Source of the DNA: Halocafeteria seosinensis
Lineage: Eukaryota
DNA: 44,102 bases
Assembly (NCBI GenBank): GCA_001687465.1
Contig: LVLI01000173.1
Location: forward strand, 124,001 to 168,102
Direction of reading: 5' to 3'
The notes under the pieces: generated by a model
Seen by the model: the letters and a program-made list of their open reading frames with translations, nothing else
The model's database searches: none
What the model was told of the DNA's origin: nothing
In this document: piece by piece, positions 11,531 to 23,892 of the stretch
Layout: every line of letters starts with the position of its first letter
Numbering within the stretch: position 1 is the stretch's first letter
Program-made: the position numbers and the translations under genes

Positions 11531-12149
11531 CTAGAGTTGCGCTGTGCTTTGTCGCTTCTTTATCGCCGAGGAAAGAGCATGAAGAAAATCGACGTATTTA
11601 GAAGACGTATTAGACAATACTAAATCATTCATATGGAACAATTGATTGACGGACAACACCACAATATAACGGAACTGCCGATTGATTAACAGCATCGCAT
11701 AACTTTAATACATCGTATCCGCGAATGGGCTTCCTACTGTGCGTCGCACAATTCGTGTGTCACCGTGACTCGGTACAAAGTACCGTTACGGGAACCCAAT
11801 TACTTGTTAGCAATTTTTGCGTGGCGACGCACATTCAGAATCAATAGAGCTGTGTTTTATGTTGCGACGGCATACACAATCTTCATAGGCGAACCCTATC
11901 GAGCTCTTCTTTTAACTGAACGTGGCGTCTGGCCAAACTATTGACCCTGTGCTACATGTATACCATGTGCAGCCGTACAAGTGCGATAAGCGACAGCTTT
12001 AGTTGCTTGCCTTCGGATTACATGCCTTTCGCCCCTTTTGTTTAGCCGATCTATGTGAGATTCGTCCGGGAAGTATTCATTTCGTATGCGGCACTGAAGG
12101 AAGTTTCAAGTCGTCGGCTCATTTTACACGATACGTAGCTGTGACAGCA

Positions 12150-12436
12150 AACTTCTACAATGTACACTAGAATAACAGCAGCCCATATGTGCTCATGCTG
12201 GCGCTAAATAGGGACAGTAAACCTGAGAGAAGAATATTCGCCATGTATATGCACGCTTCATCCAGGCGGAGAAGACTACCGGCTGGTAGATCTTGGAGGG
12301 CACAGGCTGTTTGCACATTATTCCCGAACATGTACGGACATCATACCCTCCTCATCTCCATAATAGCCTGCAGGAAAACCTGGCGTATTCCGTTTTGACA
12401 GTAGTATCCCCTTGGACACTTGCGTTGCTCGGTACG
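12150..12436 (-). pseudogene. Decayed fragment of a Cys-rich repeat protein, copy 2
   Basis: With ~3 frameshifts repaired it reads RTEQRKCPRGYYCQNGIRQV[C]PAGYYGDEEGMMS.TCSGICANSLCPPRSTSR, followed by a stop. Confidence 0.6.
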
Positions 12437-12756
12437 GTGCATTTACTGAATTTCTGTTTCGAGTCAAGACAGGTTTGAGTGCCGAATTGTTTTAAGTACA
12501 GTTTTCGAGTCGAGTTGGCTTAACACTGCTGTGTGCACAGGCGGCGAATAACACCAGAATGCCTAACCTGTATCTTAATGTACACGAATTCCTGACCAGC
12601 AGGTGTAGCCGCGATGCTTGAATCACTGAGTCAGTGAGATATCGAGAGCTACCTGTTAAAAAGAAAATCGTATATGTATTCTTTGTTGGAGGGCTATTAG
12701 CCTCATCCACCATAATATCGGTTTGCTACTTTAGTGTGGCAGTCTCTACTGCAGCT

Positions 12757-15700
12757 TTATTCCCTGCCACGAATTGAGCGCTCAAGGAACTGCAGGATTT
12801 GCTCTTGTTTGTCCTTTTCAACCTGCGTGACAAAAGCATAGTGCTCAATACATGTGCATGATGCAATCAGGATATGCAATCTTCCTACGTACACGGATTC
12901 GGTATCCTCCATCACGAAAATTGCTTCCCAGCAAGGAAATAGAGCCATCATCGTTACAGCTGGCTGATTCTACTTGATCCAGTGGTATGGAGCCTTTCTT
13001 TTGCTTACCCTTATAGTATGTGAGCTCTCGAGACGTAATTTTATAGTTGCGGCGAGCAACAGGGGTGCGGCGCATTTTCTTCTTCCCCTCCTTATCCATG
13101 ATTCCCTCAATGACACCCGGAATCTCGAGTGACAGAGCTCCACTCTTGGCTGTATCTCCCGTCTGACGCGAATCAGACGGATCTGTTGCACTCTTTTCCG
13201 CTGTCTCAACTGTACTGTTCCTATCGCCTAAGGTGTGAGAGCTGGAGACAGTCGTACCTTCTACTGTGTCCGCGACAGTTCCAGTAACGCTCGTGGACTG
13301 TTCACCACCCTGGCCCTCGTTCGTAGTTACTTGTGCATCACTCTCCGTGCTCTTAGATTTCCCTCCCGTTTGGGATGAATCTGTCGCGCCTATTGCACTT
13401 TTATCCATCGTCGTAGTGGTGACATTGCTCTCGGCAGGTATCTGCGAAGTGGAGCCCATCGTGCTCTCAGCCGGAGTGGATGCACTTCCAGTGGACGGCG
13501 AGGCATACGCTGCCTCAGAGCCACTTCCTGTTATGTCCGTCTCCACAGTGCCCTGCGCGGGAGCAGCGCATGCAGACACAGGTGGTCGTCTCGGGATGCG
13601 TACGGGAGTGCTGCTCAACACCATTACACTCTCTGAAAGCGTGGAGCTACTCTGCGATTCTGTTTTGTCATTTGCTTCTCTGGGCTCTCGCTCCTCGGCG
13701 CTGTCCTGCGATGCAACATCGCTGTCACCAAGGACCGAAGAGTTGTCGTCTGCTTCTACATTGCTTTCAGTTTGGTTCGCCTGCTCAGTTTCCTGAGGCT
13801 TGTCCAAATTTGAAGATTTAGGACTTCCTTCTTCATTTTCTGCATCTGCTTGCTCGCTGTCTTCCTCGTCGGATTGCAACCTTTCGACCGGCTTCTTCAA
13901 ATGCTCAGGGATATTCTTCCTATGCCACACAGCAATTGAAGGGTCATATTCGAATTCATCGAAAAAGCCCTGATCACGCAGAGCTTCTATCAGCTCGTCT
14001 TGTTCCGATGACGTCAGGAATGGTTCCTTTGTAAGAGTATCCATTGTTACCTTGGGGTCGATATCCTTACGGCGCATCGCCTTATACACGCCATACAGGC
14101 CCTTTAGTGTACCACCGGCATCTCCGGTTGCAATTGCTTTACCAACGGCAATTGCCGAACCTACAACCCGGAGCCATTTCGTCCAATGCTTTGTCTCTAA
14201 TACGAAGTCCGGTTGCGTCCCGTATGCGCACTGGAAGTAAAGTATCAATCTCTTTCGAATCCTTCCTTTGGCTTCAACGGACGATGGTGTAGGAAGCTTC
14301 TTTTTCACAAGGGCAAGGTGCGACTTGATTTCTTTCTTCTTTTGTTGTAACTCTGATTCCATCCGCGTGATCGCTTTATCCGTCTCTTCGAGTCTCGAAT
14401 CGACGCGCTGCTCTTCCTCTTTTGCCGCTACTTCTAGGACGTTCACTTTTTGCTTTACGTCGCCAACGGAATCCGTAAGAAGGTAATGCTCATCCTCAAG
14501 CTTCTTTCCCTTTTCTTCCAAATGGTCAGCACGCCGAGCCAATTGCTCTACGTATGTGGACATTTCCTGTAAGGGGACGGCTTTTCCTTCCACCTTTTCA
14601 TCAACAAGTCGGAGTACTCGACCATAGATGTCTTCTTGAGAGGTCAGCAACACGTCGGAGAGATATGATTCCTCACTTCGGTAAAAGTCCAGAATTTGTT
14701 TCGCAATAGTGGACGCTTCAGTTTCGTGGTGGTTGCACAGATCCTCCAATTTAGACTCATATGACTGGAGAGTCTCTTTGTAAACACCAGCGACGTTTCT
14801 CACCTCCTTTAGCAGCTGCACTGCGGCTTCAGGATCAACGTCATCAATTATCCAACCCATCAAAGTTTGCATGGCTTTCTCCGCTGAGGCAGGCTCCGTT
14901 CGGCCCACCAGGCCAATGATCGTGAGGCCGGAACCTTCAGCGATTCCGATATCCTCGGTAGCGGTGATGATTTTCTCCAAATGAGGCCGCACAATCAAGA
15001 CATTTCTTGCTGCGATATCGGCAAATGCCCGAAGAATATAAGAACCATGCATGTTGTGGTCCAATAGTGAAACCAATTCATCCACAAATCCGTAGAGCAG
15101 ACGCGGGCACCGTTTGGCGACTTGCTGAATAACCTTGGATCCTTCAACGTTCGCCATACCCGCGTCTTGAACAGTGTTCTCGACTACTGCATCAATGTGA
15201 TCGTGCACAATTCGTCGATTTCGTGCATAGCCTAAGTTGATGACTTGAAATATGGGTGCAGTAGCACCCTGCGAACCATCTGGGTTCTCCTCCAGGGCCA
15301 TTACCATATGCGGCACGTACTTGGATGCTTCCCTCGATCCGGCACTTTGGAAGTGCTGATATATAGAGCTACAAACAACAGCAGATACTGGCATCATAGT
15401 ATCAGGGCTTTTTGGAACAGTGAGCAACGCGATCAAAGCCGGTAGTACTTGTTCCCAGAAGCCTTTATCGGATGACTGGTATAACTGCATCTGGAAAGCG
15501 CGACAAAGCACACTCAGCGCAGCTTCCAAATCGGGACTGTACGTCCCCATGTTCTTCAATAAATGCGCCCACCATTTCATAAGTCTGAGGATTTTGTCCA
15601 AATGCGGGCTCGCCTCATCCCAGCTTACATTCTGTAAAGGCCCAAAGAAGTAGTCTAGCCCAGAAGTATGATAGAAACGGATATCCACTGCCAAGAATTG

Positions 15701-17974
15701 ATCTAAAAAAATAGGGAGTGCTTTGACAAACTGAGATTGATCTTGCATACATAGATTCCAAGACTGAAAGGCTATCTGCTGTGCTTCATTTTTCGAAGAG
15801 CTGCTCAAGTACCTCTCGGCTGCATCCTGAACCGCGGAACCCCCACCAGATACTACAGGAACTTGAGGTTGTGCTCGGTCCAAGGTCTGCATGTGCGACA
15901 TCATGTGCATATTCATCTCTGGTACCGTGTGAGCAGTTTGCCCACGCTGAGCGCCGCCGATGCCAGTGGATGGCTCAGAAGCCTTGTCGATGCGCTTCTC
16001 AAGAGATTTTGGGAGAACCTTCCTATGCCATGAGGAGTTAGAACTTTCATAGTCGAATTCATAGTAGTAACCGTGCTCTCGTAGCAAATCAACCATTTCT
16101 TTCTGTTCAGCTGAATTTAGAAAGGGAACTCTCACAAGGGTTTCGAACGTTACTTTGGGATCATCATATCTGTGACGAATTGCCTTGTAGACCTCGAACA
16201 AACTCTCCAGTGATCCGTCCTTCCCCGCGCAGTTGATATTATTTCCTGTTGCAAGCATTCCGCCAACTAACCGGATCCACTTGGCCCAGTGCTTTGTTTC
16301 ACATGCAAATTCTGGTTCAGTAGCGCGGGAGCAGGGGAATCGAAGCACCAGTCTCCTCTTGATGTCGCCTCTCACCTCTACCGCTGATGGAGTAGGGATG
16401 GAGGAGTTGAGCTCGGCGAAGTAGGACCTAAGCTCCTCCTGCTGCTCCTTTAATTCCACCAGCAAACGCGAGACAGTTTCAGCCTTGTTATTGGTCTCCG
16501 AACTGGCTGTATCTTGACCATCCTGTTCCTTTATCGCGAATTCCACTACATTCGCCGTCTGAGTTACATCTCCTACAGAGTCACTAGGAATTTGGTGAGT
16601 CTCTGCACAGTCCTTCGCCCTTTCTCCTATGTGATCTGCTTTTCGAGTAATCTTTTCGACAGTAGTGGCCGACACCTCCTCAGATGAGACTGTTTCGTCT
16701 CCACTGTCGACCAGCCTAAGTGGACGACCGTAGACATCTTCTTGGTTTGACAACAAGCATTCGGGGTCATACTCCTCTGTGCTATTGTAAAACTGTAGTA
16801 TGCCGGCTGCAAGATCGGATACTTTCTTCTTCGGATGGTTACAGAGTTCTTCAAGAGTCTTTTTCTCCTTCTTCAAAGAATCCTTGTACACGCGCCCAAT
16901 CTTGTTGACCTGTTCCAGGATAGCCTCTGTGATAAAGTCAGTACTCTTGACCCATCTTTCAAGAGCTTGTATTGTCTTCTCCGCTGTCTCCAGATCGGAT
17001 CTTCCCAAGATACCAATGAGATATAGTCCGCGCTCCATAACGCCGTACTTATCCAGTGCCGCGACAATGCGGTTTGCATGAGGGCGTACCACAACGGCAC
17101 TACGTTTTGCTACAGCGGCCAGCGATTCCACGAGGTACCCACAAATCCATGGTCCGGACAAATCGTGTTTAGCAGACTCATTGTTTGTTTCCTGCGTTGT
17201 GATATGGTCCAATAGCGACGAGATTTCATCTACGAATCCAAAGAGTTGTCGCGGAGAGCTCTTCGCAACATGCTGGATGAATTTGCAGCCCTCGATGCTA
17301 CCGTCTCCATGCACAGCTCTATCAACTACAGCGTCCATGTGATCATGAATATGGTCACTGCTTGTTTCATAGGCTGCGTCAAGGATACGAAATACCGATT
17401 GCAGCAGTGCTGGTTCCTGTACTCCGTCCTCCAAAAGCTGGAACGCAACGCCCAAGTGTTCAGCAGCATCTCGGGACAATGCTTTCATCAAGGTTTCTGA
17501 TATCACGCCCTTGATTCGGCTCAGCTTCCATTTGTCTATGACTGCCAGCGGAGCCATCCTCGCAAAGAGAGGAAGCAGCTCATCCTTTTTTGCGTTGGAG
17601 ATCTGGGCTAACAGCTCATTCAGAATTGCATCAAGTGCGGTTAACAGATTGTCATCTGGATTCTCCATGCTTTTAAGCACGTGGGTCCACCATTCCATAA
17701 CCTCGACAAGTTTGTCCACATTTTCCTTAAGTTCATTTCGGCCGCTGAAGAACTCTTTTTCGTTGGACTTTTGGAGGATAAGACTTAAAATACTTCCAAG
17801 TTGATCAGTTTGATGGTATCGAGGATCTGCGGAAAGAAACCTGTCCAGTATGAGTGGAAGCTCATCACCGTCATCGTCATCATTGGCTGTTTCAATCGCC
17901 ATCATCACTTCCTGAGCCTGCATCGGGGACGCATCGTCCAAGTAGTGATCGAAAATTTCTACGAGCCCGGACAT
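12757..17974 (-). CDS. Melted/VEPH1-like protein (~1715 aa): two tandem copies of [ARM/HEAT-like solenoid, coiled coil, conserved middle domain], S/T/E-rich linker, C-terminal PH domain
   Basis: Exon 1 is 12893-17974, then a 70-nt phase-0 intron 12823-12892 (GTACGT...CGCAG), then exon 2 12757-12822 encoding the PH terminal helix VEKDKQEQILQFLERSIRGRE*. PH-like segment: VIEGIMDKEG...ELTYYKGKQKKGSIPLDQVES. Motifs IIGLVGRTEPASAEKAMQTL, KKLPTPS...ILYFQC and FLTSSEQDELIEALRDQGFFDEFEYDPSIAVW resemble VEPH1/Melted as recalled. CDS certainty is high, family call moderate. Confidence 0.75.
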
Positions 17975-18824
17975 TTCAAAAGCGGTGGATCGAACTTCGA
18001 AGCTGGATATTCGATCTTGCTGTCAACGAAGGATATTCAGAATTCCAGGTTTGATGACGCCTCGACCGCAGGGTCAAATTCGGTGGTGAAACTTATCACA
18101 CCCTCTAAAATTTTAGTGATTCTTTGTAAGTGGCGTTTATGGCACCCAATGGAGCTGCTGGTTCTGAGTTGGAACCGAAGAACGTCCCTCTGGAGAAATC
18201 CAGCAGTATCTCTGACTCACAAGGATTCTACAAGAGTTGCATACGAAAGGATGTTGTCTTCTCCGGTAGAATTGTGCTATAGCTACCAGAACACACGCAA
18301 TCAAACCGTTCTGATGGAGTTCATAGGCTAGTAGAATCATAGCCCGGAAAGAATGGACCTCGCGATGCGATCATCAGGGCCTTTGTTGCGATCCCCGCCC
18401 AGTTGCTCAACCGAAATCTAGGATATCCGTCGCTTGGGTCCAGGGGAAAGAAATTTCGAAGTGTATCAAGCAATGCAGGGTGAGAAAACAGTGTATGCGG
18501 TTCGGCTATTCAATCAGTGTGTAGTGAAGAGCTTATGGGACAATTGAGGAATCATTCATACCAGTTCGCACCACCAACGACCCCAAACACTTCCTCTCAG
18601 GAGCCATATGCCACAACATGCAATGTGGTGTACATGCCATTTCAAAACTGCTCATTTCAGTGTTGGCAGCTTCTCGGTAATCATTCATCATTGCTCCCTT
18701 GCTAGTGGTGAAAAAGGAGTTCCAGGAGCTCGAGGTGGAACTTCAGGAGTTACTCAGCTGGGCAACCGAGGTACCGCTTAAGTCCTCCGGGTCAACCAAA
18801 TTCCCTGAGCAAATCATTGGTGCA

Positions 18825-20619
18825 TTAGGCTCTGTCTTTTGTTGCAGGAGGCGCTTCAGTCAACTTCTTGGACCCCGTTTCGTTTAGCAACAGCACTGAA
18901 GCAGAGGCTACGAGTGCCAGAATACCCATTACCGCGAGTACAGCTTTGCTCCCAGGGAAAATGTCAATCAGTGGAGGAGCGCCAACGCTGGCAACTCGGG
19001 AGCTAAACGTGCACAGCCCCAGCGCGGTTGCACGGGTGACTGTGGGAACGATTTCAGTGGTGAAAACGTAGAGTAAAATGAAACTGCCTGTGATTGCGAA
19101 CTTTCCAAATAAAGCAAAGGCAGTAGTAGCTTTTCCTCCCGGAATCGAAATTGATAAAATAAGTGCGATGCCAGCAGTCCCCACAAATCCGCAAACGGAT
19201 TTCCTCCGCCCAAATTTGTCGACCAGAAATCCGGCCAAGAAAAGAGCTGGAAGTTCCAAAGCACCAGCGAGAGCAGCATTGGTATACTTGGATCCACTGC
19301 ATCTCTCGAGTAAGTCGACAGAACAACATCTAGTTCAGGATATTAACTTCAAACGCTTAACCAAAGACTTACCTGAGGTTTGAGGCGTTCAAAGTTAAAC
19401 CGTAATATAACAGACTATTAACGAACCAGGAGTAGCAAAGAACCACTGTATGGATAGCCAATGACGCGCTTGAGCAGCACAACGTGTACATCGGACTGAT
19501 TCCACTCTTTCCTTCTGTCTCTTCATCGCGGTGTAGCAATTCCTGAGAATCATCACTAATTTCAGTCTCACCTCGAGCCTTTCGGGTCACTGGTTTCTCA
19601 TCGTCTTCGATGGCAAAGTCATCGTAGCGGGATTTCTTCTTGCTTCCTTCTCTCAGCAAAGCAACTCCTTCGTTCAAGTGCTTTCCGTTTAAACGTGACA
19701 ACATATGAAGCCATTTTTCCGATTCATTATATCGGCCGCGTAAATGTAGCCAACGAGCCGACTCTGGAACCCACAGCAGACTTAGTGCGAGAACCATAGT
19801 GGGAAGTGAAATCCACAACTGATACCATTTCCACTCTTCATTACGTGACGCGTATGCTATGGCTGCAATCTGATCAGGTGACTTAGCAGAAACGTGGTAA
19901 TGATAAGCACCATCCAGCAGTCATGAAACTCGAAGCACTTCACGTACCAATGCAGCAGCGATACTCCAGGCAACATTCAGCACAATTCCAGCTCGAGCTC
20001 TCCAGTTGCTTGGCATGTACTCAACCATCAGGCAGTAACTTACAGTTCCCATTCCAGCACTAGTAAACCCAGTCAAGAAACGTAACACTATAAGTTCCGG
20101 GTAGTTGCGAACCAGTGTCATTCCAATGGAGCTAGCCGTAGCTGCCCAGGTGGTCCATAGCAAAGATTTCCGTCTTCCAATACAGTCAGCCAATGAACTG
20201 ATGCAATAAGTACCTACTGCAGCGCCTCCAAAGAGTGCGCTCCCGGCCAAGGCACTTTGATTCTTGTTGAGTTCCAAATCGTCCCGGATCCATTCGGAGG
20301 TGAACGTCAGCGACAGCCATAGACAACTGACAGCGAACCATGCCAAAGAGGTCAGTGCGACGACGAGTGCTTGGAATCTGCCAAACGCCCCGTTACCCTC
20401 GATCCATTCGTCGATGCTACAGAAATGGTCAGTATCATCGCCTTCTGCGTCTTCTGTCGGGTTGATGTGGACGTTGATGGCAGCTTCACACGCTTCTTCT
20501 GAGTCCTCGGAGACTCTCGCTCGTTGCTTTTCAGCGGGAAGGGGTTTGTGCTTCTTGCGATGGTTAGAAAGGGTCTTGCCCTTGGAAGGGCCAACCTCTT
20601 TCGTCTCTCGTTGGCTCAT
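18825..20619 (-). CDS. MFS transporter, SLC22/organic cation transporter-like (546 aa, 3 exons)
   Basis: Exons 19948-20619, 19373-19869 and 18825-19296. Introns are 78 nt (GTACGT...CAG, phase 0) and 76 nt (GTAAG...CAG, phase 2). Motifs GxFGRFQ, LADCIGRRK, VPESARWL, YYGLTLNASNLSGSKYTN, VDKFGRRK, TEIVPTVTRATALG. Confidence 0.93.
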
Positions 20620-21220
20620 TGTGGATGGAATAACGGGATTCCCGAGTGGGCCGAGAGTGGGATAGAAAGCTACCAGTATACAACGTTCTGCCTCTTCTTA
20701 CGACATTCTCCTGTGGGAAACTATCACTTAATATTTCCTTATTCAGTTAAGCCTACAAGCAAAGAATATACTATCCATCAACACGAAGAAATCTTACACT
20801 TCTTGTGTTGAGTCAACCACGGGCTAGAATTGAACTCGTCTCCATAGGAATTGAATTTTGGGATTTACCCCTCAGTTTTTGCAGGATCATCGCTTCACAA
20901 CACTGGACATTTTTTGGACCAGGAGAAGTAAAAGTAACAAATATTATTAAGGTGCGTCCAGAAGCGACTCCTGTACAAATTGTACAGTACAATGTACATT
21001 ACTGGCGCGCGGGCAGCGGAAGCGGGATGTTGAAGTCACGTATGCATACACAAGCCCTGCTACCTAACTCAGGATCGTTGCATTGGCACTCGGAGTGAAT
21101 GTATGTCTTTGTGTACTTCGCTTGGAAACAAGAATCGAAAAAAAGCAGCAGATAGACAAGTCGTTGCGTGCCGGTTGGCATCATCCATCTCTTTTGTAGT
21201 TTTTTCTCCAGGGTGGTACA

Positions 21221-21232
21221 GGGGGGGGGGGG
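21221..21232 (+). repeat. G12 homopolymer in the divergent intergenic region between the MFS gene and the single-module GLUG-like gene
   Basis: Read directly from the sequence. Confidence 0.85.
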
Positions 21233-21462
21233 CAAGCGAAAAGGCATTTTTACAAGTCAACATTAGCCAACCAGACTCTTTTTGTCGACGGAGGAACCTA
21301 CAGGGTAAAGTGTCTAGGAGCTAAAACACGGAATCCTCGTGCAGAAAAAGTGCTGCTGGTCACGTACAACGTGCTACATGGCATGATGACCGCATTTCGC
21401 CTTAATTTACACTGTGAAAGCAGCACTGGTGCCAACAATGTACTGTAGAGAAAACCACAAGC

Positions 21463-23892
21463 ATGGTCTACTGGATTATGACAGGTCAGCTTCTTCGGAT
21501 GTTGGGGAATCTTCTTTTCATTATGGGGGGATCCTCCCCGAAGATGCGAATGTCAAAACATGTCGATTCACAGACTCCGCACCACCAGCAGAAACAGCAA
21601 CGTAGACTCCCTGTCGATACAGTGGAACCAAAGGACGAAAAGCCAGAGACAGACTCAAAGATACCACAAGCGTATCCTGGATTGAGTAACAAGGAAGACG
21701 AGGAGGAAGACCAGCAGCGGCAAACTCTTAGTGGCGCGCCCCAGTTCTCATCTGAACAGAGGCTCTGGGCAGGAATTGTGCATCATATACTTTGTACACT
21801 ATTCCAAGCACTTCTACCTGTTTGCACAGCCGATGCTATGTTCACCCGCGAAGTCATTGGACACAGGACAAAGACCAGAGTATGCCGAAGGAGAGCTGCA
21901 TATACTAAGGAAACATTGTCGAAGTACTTGACTGGAGCTTTGGTTTTAGTAGCAAATTGTGGCATCCATGCAATGGACCTGCGGGATTCAATTCAAAAGG
22001 AAGGAGAAAGCTGTTTCAAGTATATCGCAACCAAGAGTTTATTCGAGTTGAATTGCACTCTATTGAATTGGCAAATTGCTGGGTATAGCACTGATCATTA
22101 CATTACACTCAAAGCAAACGAAACATTTGATGGGAAAGACAATGAAATTGAGCTCGTGGGTACTGGTGCATTTGAGGGACTCTTCGTGGTAGATTCAAAT
22201 GTTTCGTCCCTGGAAGAAGCTCCAGTCATTCGGAATGTCCATGTAAAGAACGGCGAGACAGCAGAGGATGGAGGGTTCATCGTTCGGTCAAATCAGAGAT
22301 TTTTCGCTGTGGATTCATGTAGCTCTTCAGGAGTAATACATAAAGGTGGAGGTGGAATATGTGGGAGATTGTGCGGTAAAGCAAGGGGTCATATTCTGAT
22401 TTCTGGGTGCAACTCGACAGGCGTTATCAGAGGCAATGATGCCGGTGGGATTTCGGGGGACCATATCGCAGCGACAGACGGTAGAGCAAGAATCGTAGGT
22501 TGTCATTCAGCCGGGAAAGTCGAAGGAAACAACGCAGGGGGTATTGTAGGTAGCAGCGTCGCTTGGCACCATGGTATGGTAGACGTTGTCGAGTGTTTTT
22601 CTACGGGAGACATCGATGGAGCGCGTTCAGGTGGCATTGCGGGTGCTTATGTAGCCCGTGAGGGAGGTAGAGCCAGCATGACTGGTTGCTATTCGACCGG
22701 AGAAATCCGACGAGCCTATTCAGGAGGCATTGCTGGCCACTCTGCAGGCGGTTATAACGGGATATTAACGATTCAGCGATGCCACTCTGAAGGAGATATT
22801 ACAGGAAATTTGGCTGGAGGAATTACAGGGACAGAGGTTGGTACCAATGCTGGACTCGTTACAATACGACGATGCTATTCTAGCGGACAAATCGCGGGAA
22901 GCAAGGCAGGTGGCATCACGGGATCAGAGACCTCAAACTATAATGGGTACACGACAATAGAGCAATGTTACTCTTCAGGAAACATTGATGGTTTTAGCAG
23001 CGGAGGCATATCTGGCTATGCTGCTGGCGAGGATAACGGCAAAGTGGAAATAAGAAATTGCTATTCTACTGGAGGGATCAATGGATCGCATGCCGGGGGT
23101 ATTTGCGGCGGTGGAACGGGACGTGAACGTTGTAATGACTGTAATGGTGGACGGGTCTTTATCACCAATACATATGCGTCTGGTACCATCAAAGATGACG
23201 CCGGCGGAATCCTAGGAGGTATCAGTCCAGAGGCACAAACTGTCGAAGTAAAATACTCTGTGTACGATGGTGTTTCAGGTGATATGGTGGGAGCAGGAGG
23301 AGGATCGGTCAACGATACAGTCCACATCAATAATTCCGATGACTTGAACGACATAAAAGGAAAATTATATCTGCAGGGCGAGAGCAACCACTGGTCGAGT
23401 GATACATGGATTGTAGGACAAAACAATGGATTGCCAAAACTCCGAGTCCGTGCAATAATCACTCCTACGAGCTCTTCGTCTCCGACAACGAGTCCTACCG
23501 AATGGACAACACCAACATCGTCACTAACCACTTCGCCGTTTCCTTCGGAAACTCCTAGCAGCACGCAAACGCTGACCCCGACAGGAACGCCATCTCAATC
23601 GATGACACCAACACCGACATTAACCTCTTCATCGTCTTCTTCAAAAACTCCCACTTGTACGCAAACGTCCACGCCGACTATGACGCAATCTCTAGCGAGG
23701 ACATCAACACAGTCACCAACCTGTTCTTCATCTGCTTCAGAAACTCCTAGCACGCAAACGTCCACGCAGAGGATGACGCGGTCTCGCGTGCGCGCTACAA
23801 AGAGGCTACCAATGCAACGACCTGGAAGGATCTCTACTAGTGGCCATAATGCCAGAGGCAGGACGTCAAAACACAAGCGCCCCGGGATCTAG
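21463..23892 (+). CDS. Single-module GLUG-like Gly-rich protein with S/T/P mucin-like tail and basic C-terminus (up to 809 aa, start uncertain)
   Basis: Intronless ORF with the same module as its neighbours (MDLRDS...CF.Y...ITLKANETFDG...FEGLF...EAPVIRNVH...GGFIVR...; ~26-aa repeats CYSTGxIxxxxAGGIxG; KW...W...LPxLR end). Two hydrophobic segments precede the module. There is no C-terminal TM helix. Confidence 0.88.
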   Translation: MVYWIMTGQLLRMLGNLLFIMGGSSPKMRMSKHVDSQTPHHQQKQQRRLPVDTVEPKDEKPETDSKIPQAYPGLSNKEDEEEDQQRQTLSGAPQFSSEQRLWAGIVHHILCTLFQALLPVCTADAMFTREVIGHRTKTRVCRRRAAYTKETLSKYLTGALVLVANCGIHAMDLRDSIQKEGESCFKYIATKSLFELNCTLLNWQIAGYSTDHYITLKANETFDGKDNEIELVGTGAFEGLFVVDSNVSSLEEAPVIRNVHVKNGETAEDGGFIVRSNQRFFAVDSCSSSGVIHKGGGGICGRLCGKARGHILISGCNSTGVIRGNDAGGISGDHIAATDGRARIVGCHSAGKVEGNNAGGIVGSSVAWHHGMVDVVECFSTGDIDGARSGGIAGAYVAREGGRASMTGCYSTGEIRRAYSGGIAGHSAGGYNGILTIQRCHSEGDITGNLAGGITGTEVGTNAGLVTIRRCYSSGQIAGSKAGGITGSETSNYNGYTTIEQCYSSGNIDGFSSGGISGYAAGEDNGKVEIRNCYSTGGINGSHAGGICGGGTGRERCNDCNGGRVFITNTYASGTIKDDAGGILGGISPEAQTVEVKYSVYDGVSGDMVGAGGGSVNDTVHINNSDDLNDIKGKLYLQGESNHWSSDTWIVGQNNGLPKLRVRAIITPTSSSSPTTSPTEWTTPTSSLTTSPFPSETPSSTQTLTPTGTPSQSMTPTPTLTSSSSSSKTPTCTQTSTPTMTQSLARTSTQSPTCSSSASETPSTQTSTQRMTRSRVRATKRLPMQRPGRISTSGHNARGRTSKHKRPGI

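Noticed and set aside
12845..12892. ORF-track C-terminus VRRKIAYPDCIMHMY of the 1709-aa protein
   Set aside because: This is intron read-through. Splicing to 12757-12822 supplies the missing PH C-terminal helix.
13266..13796. Numerous antisense ORFs of 60-180 aa (this one, 17801-18331, 23061-23564, 38653-39144, etc.)
   Set aside because: Shadow ORFs of long or low-complexity coding regions with no independent motifs.
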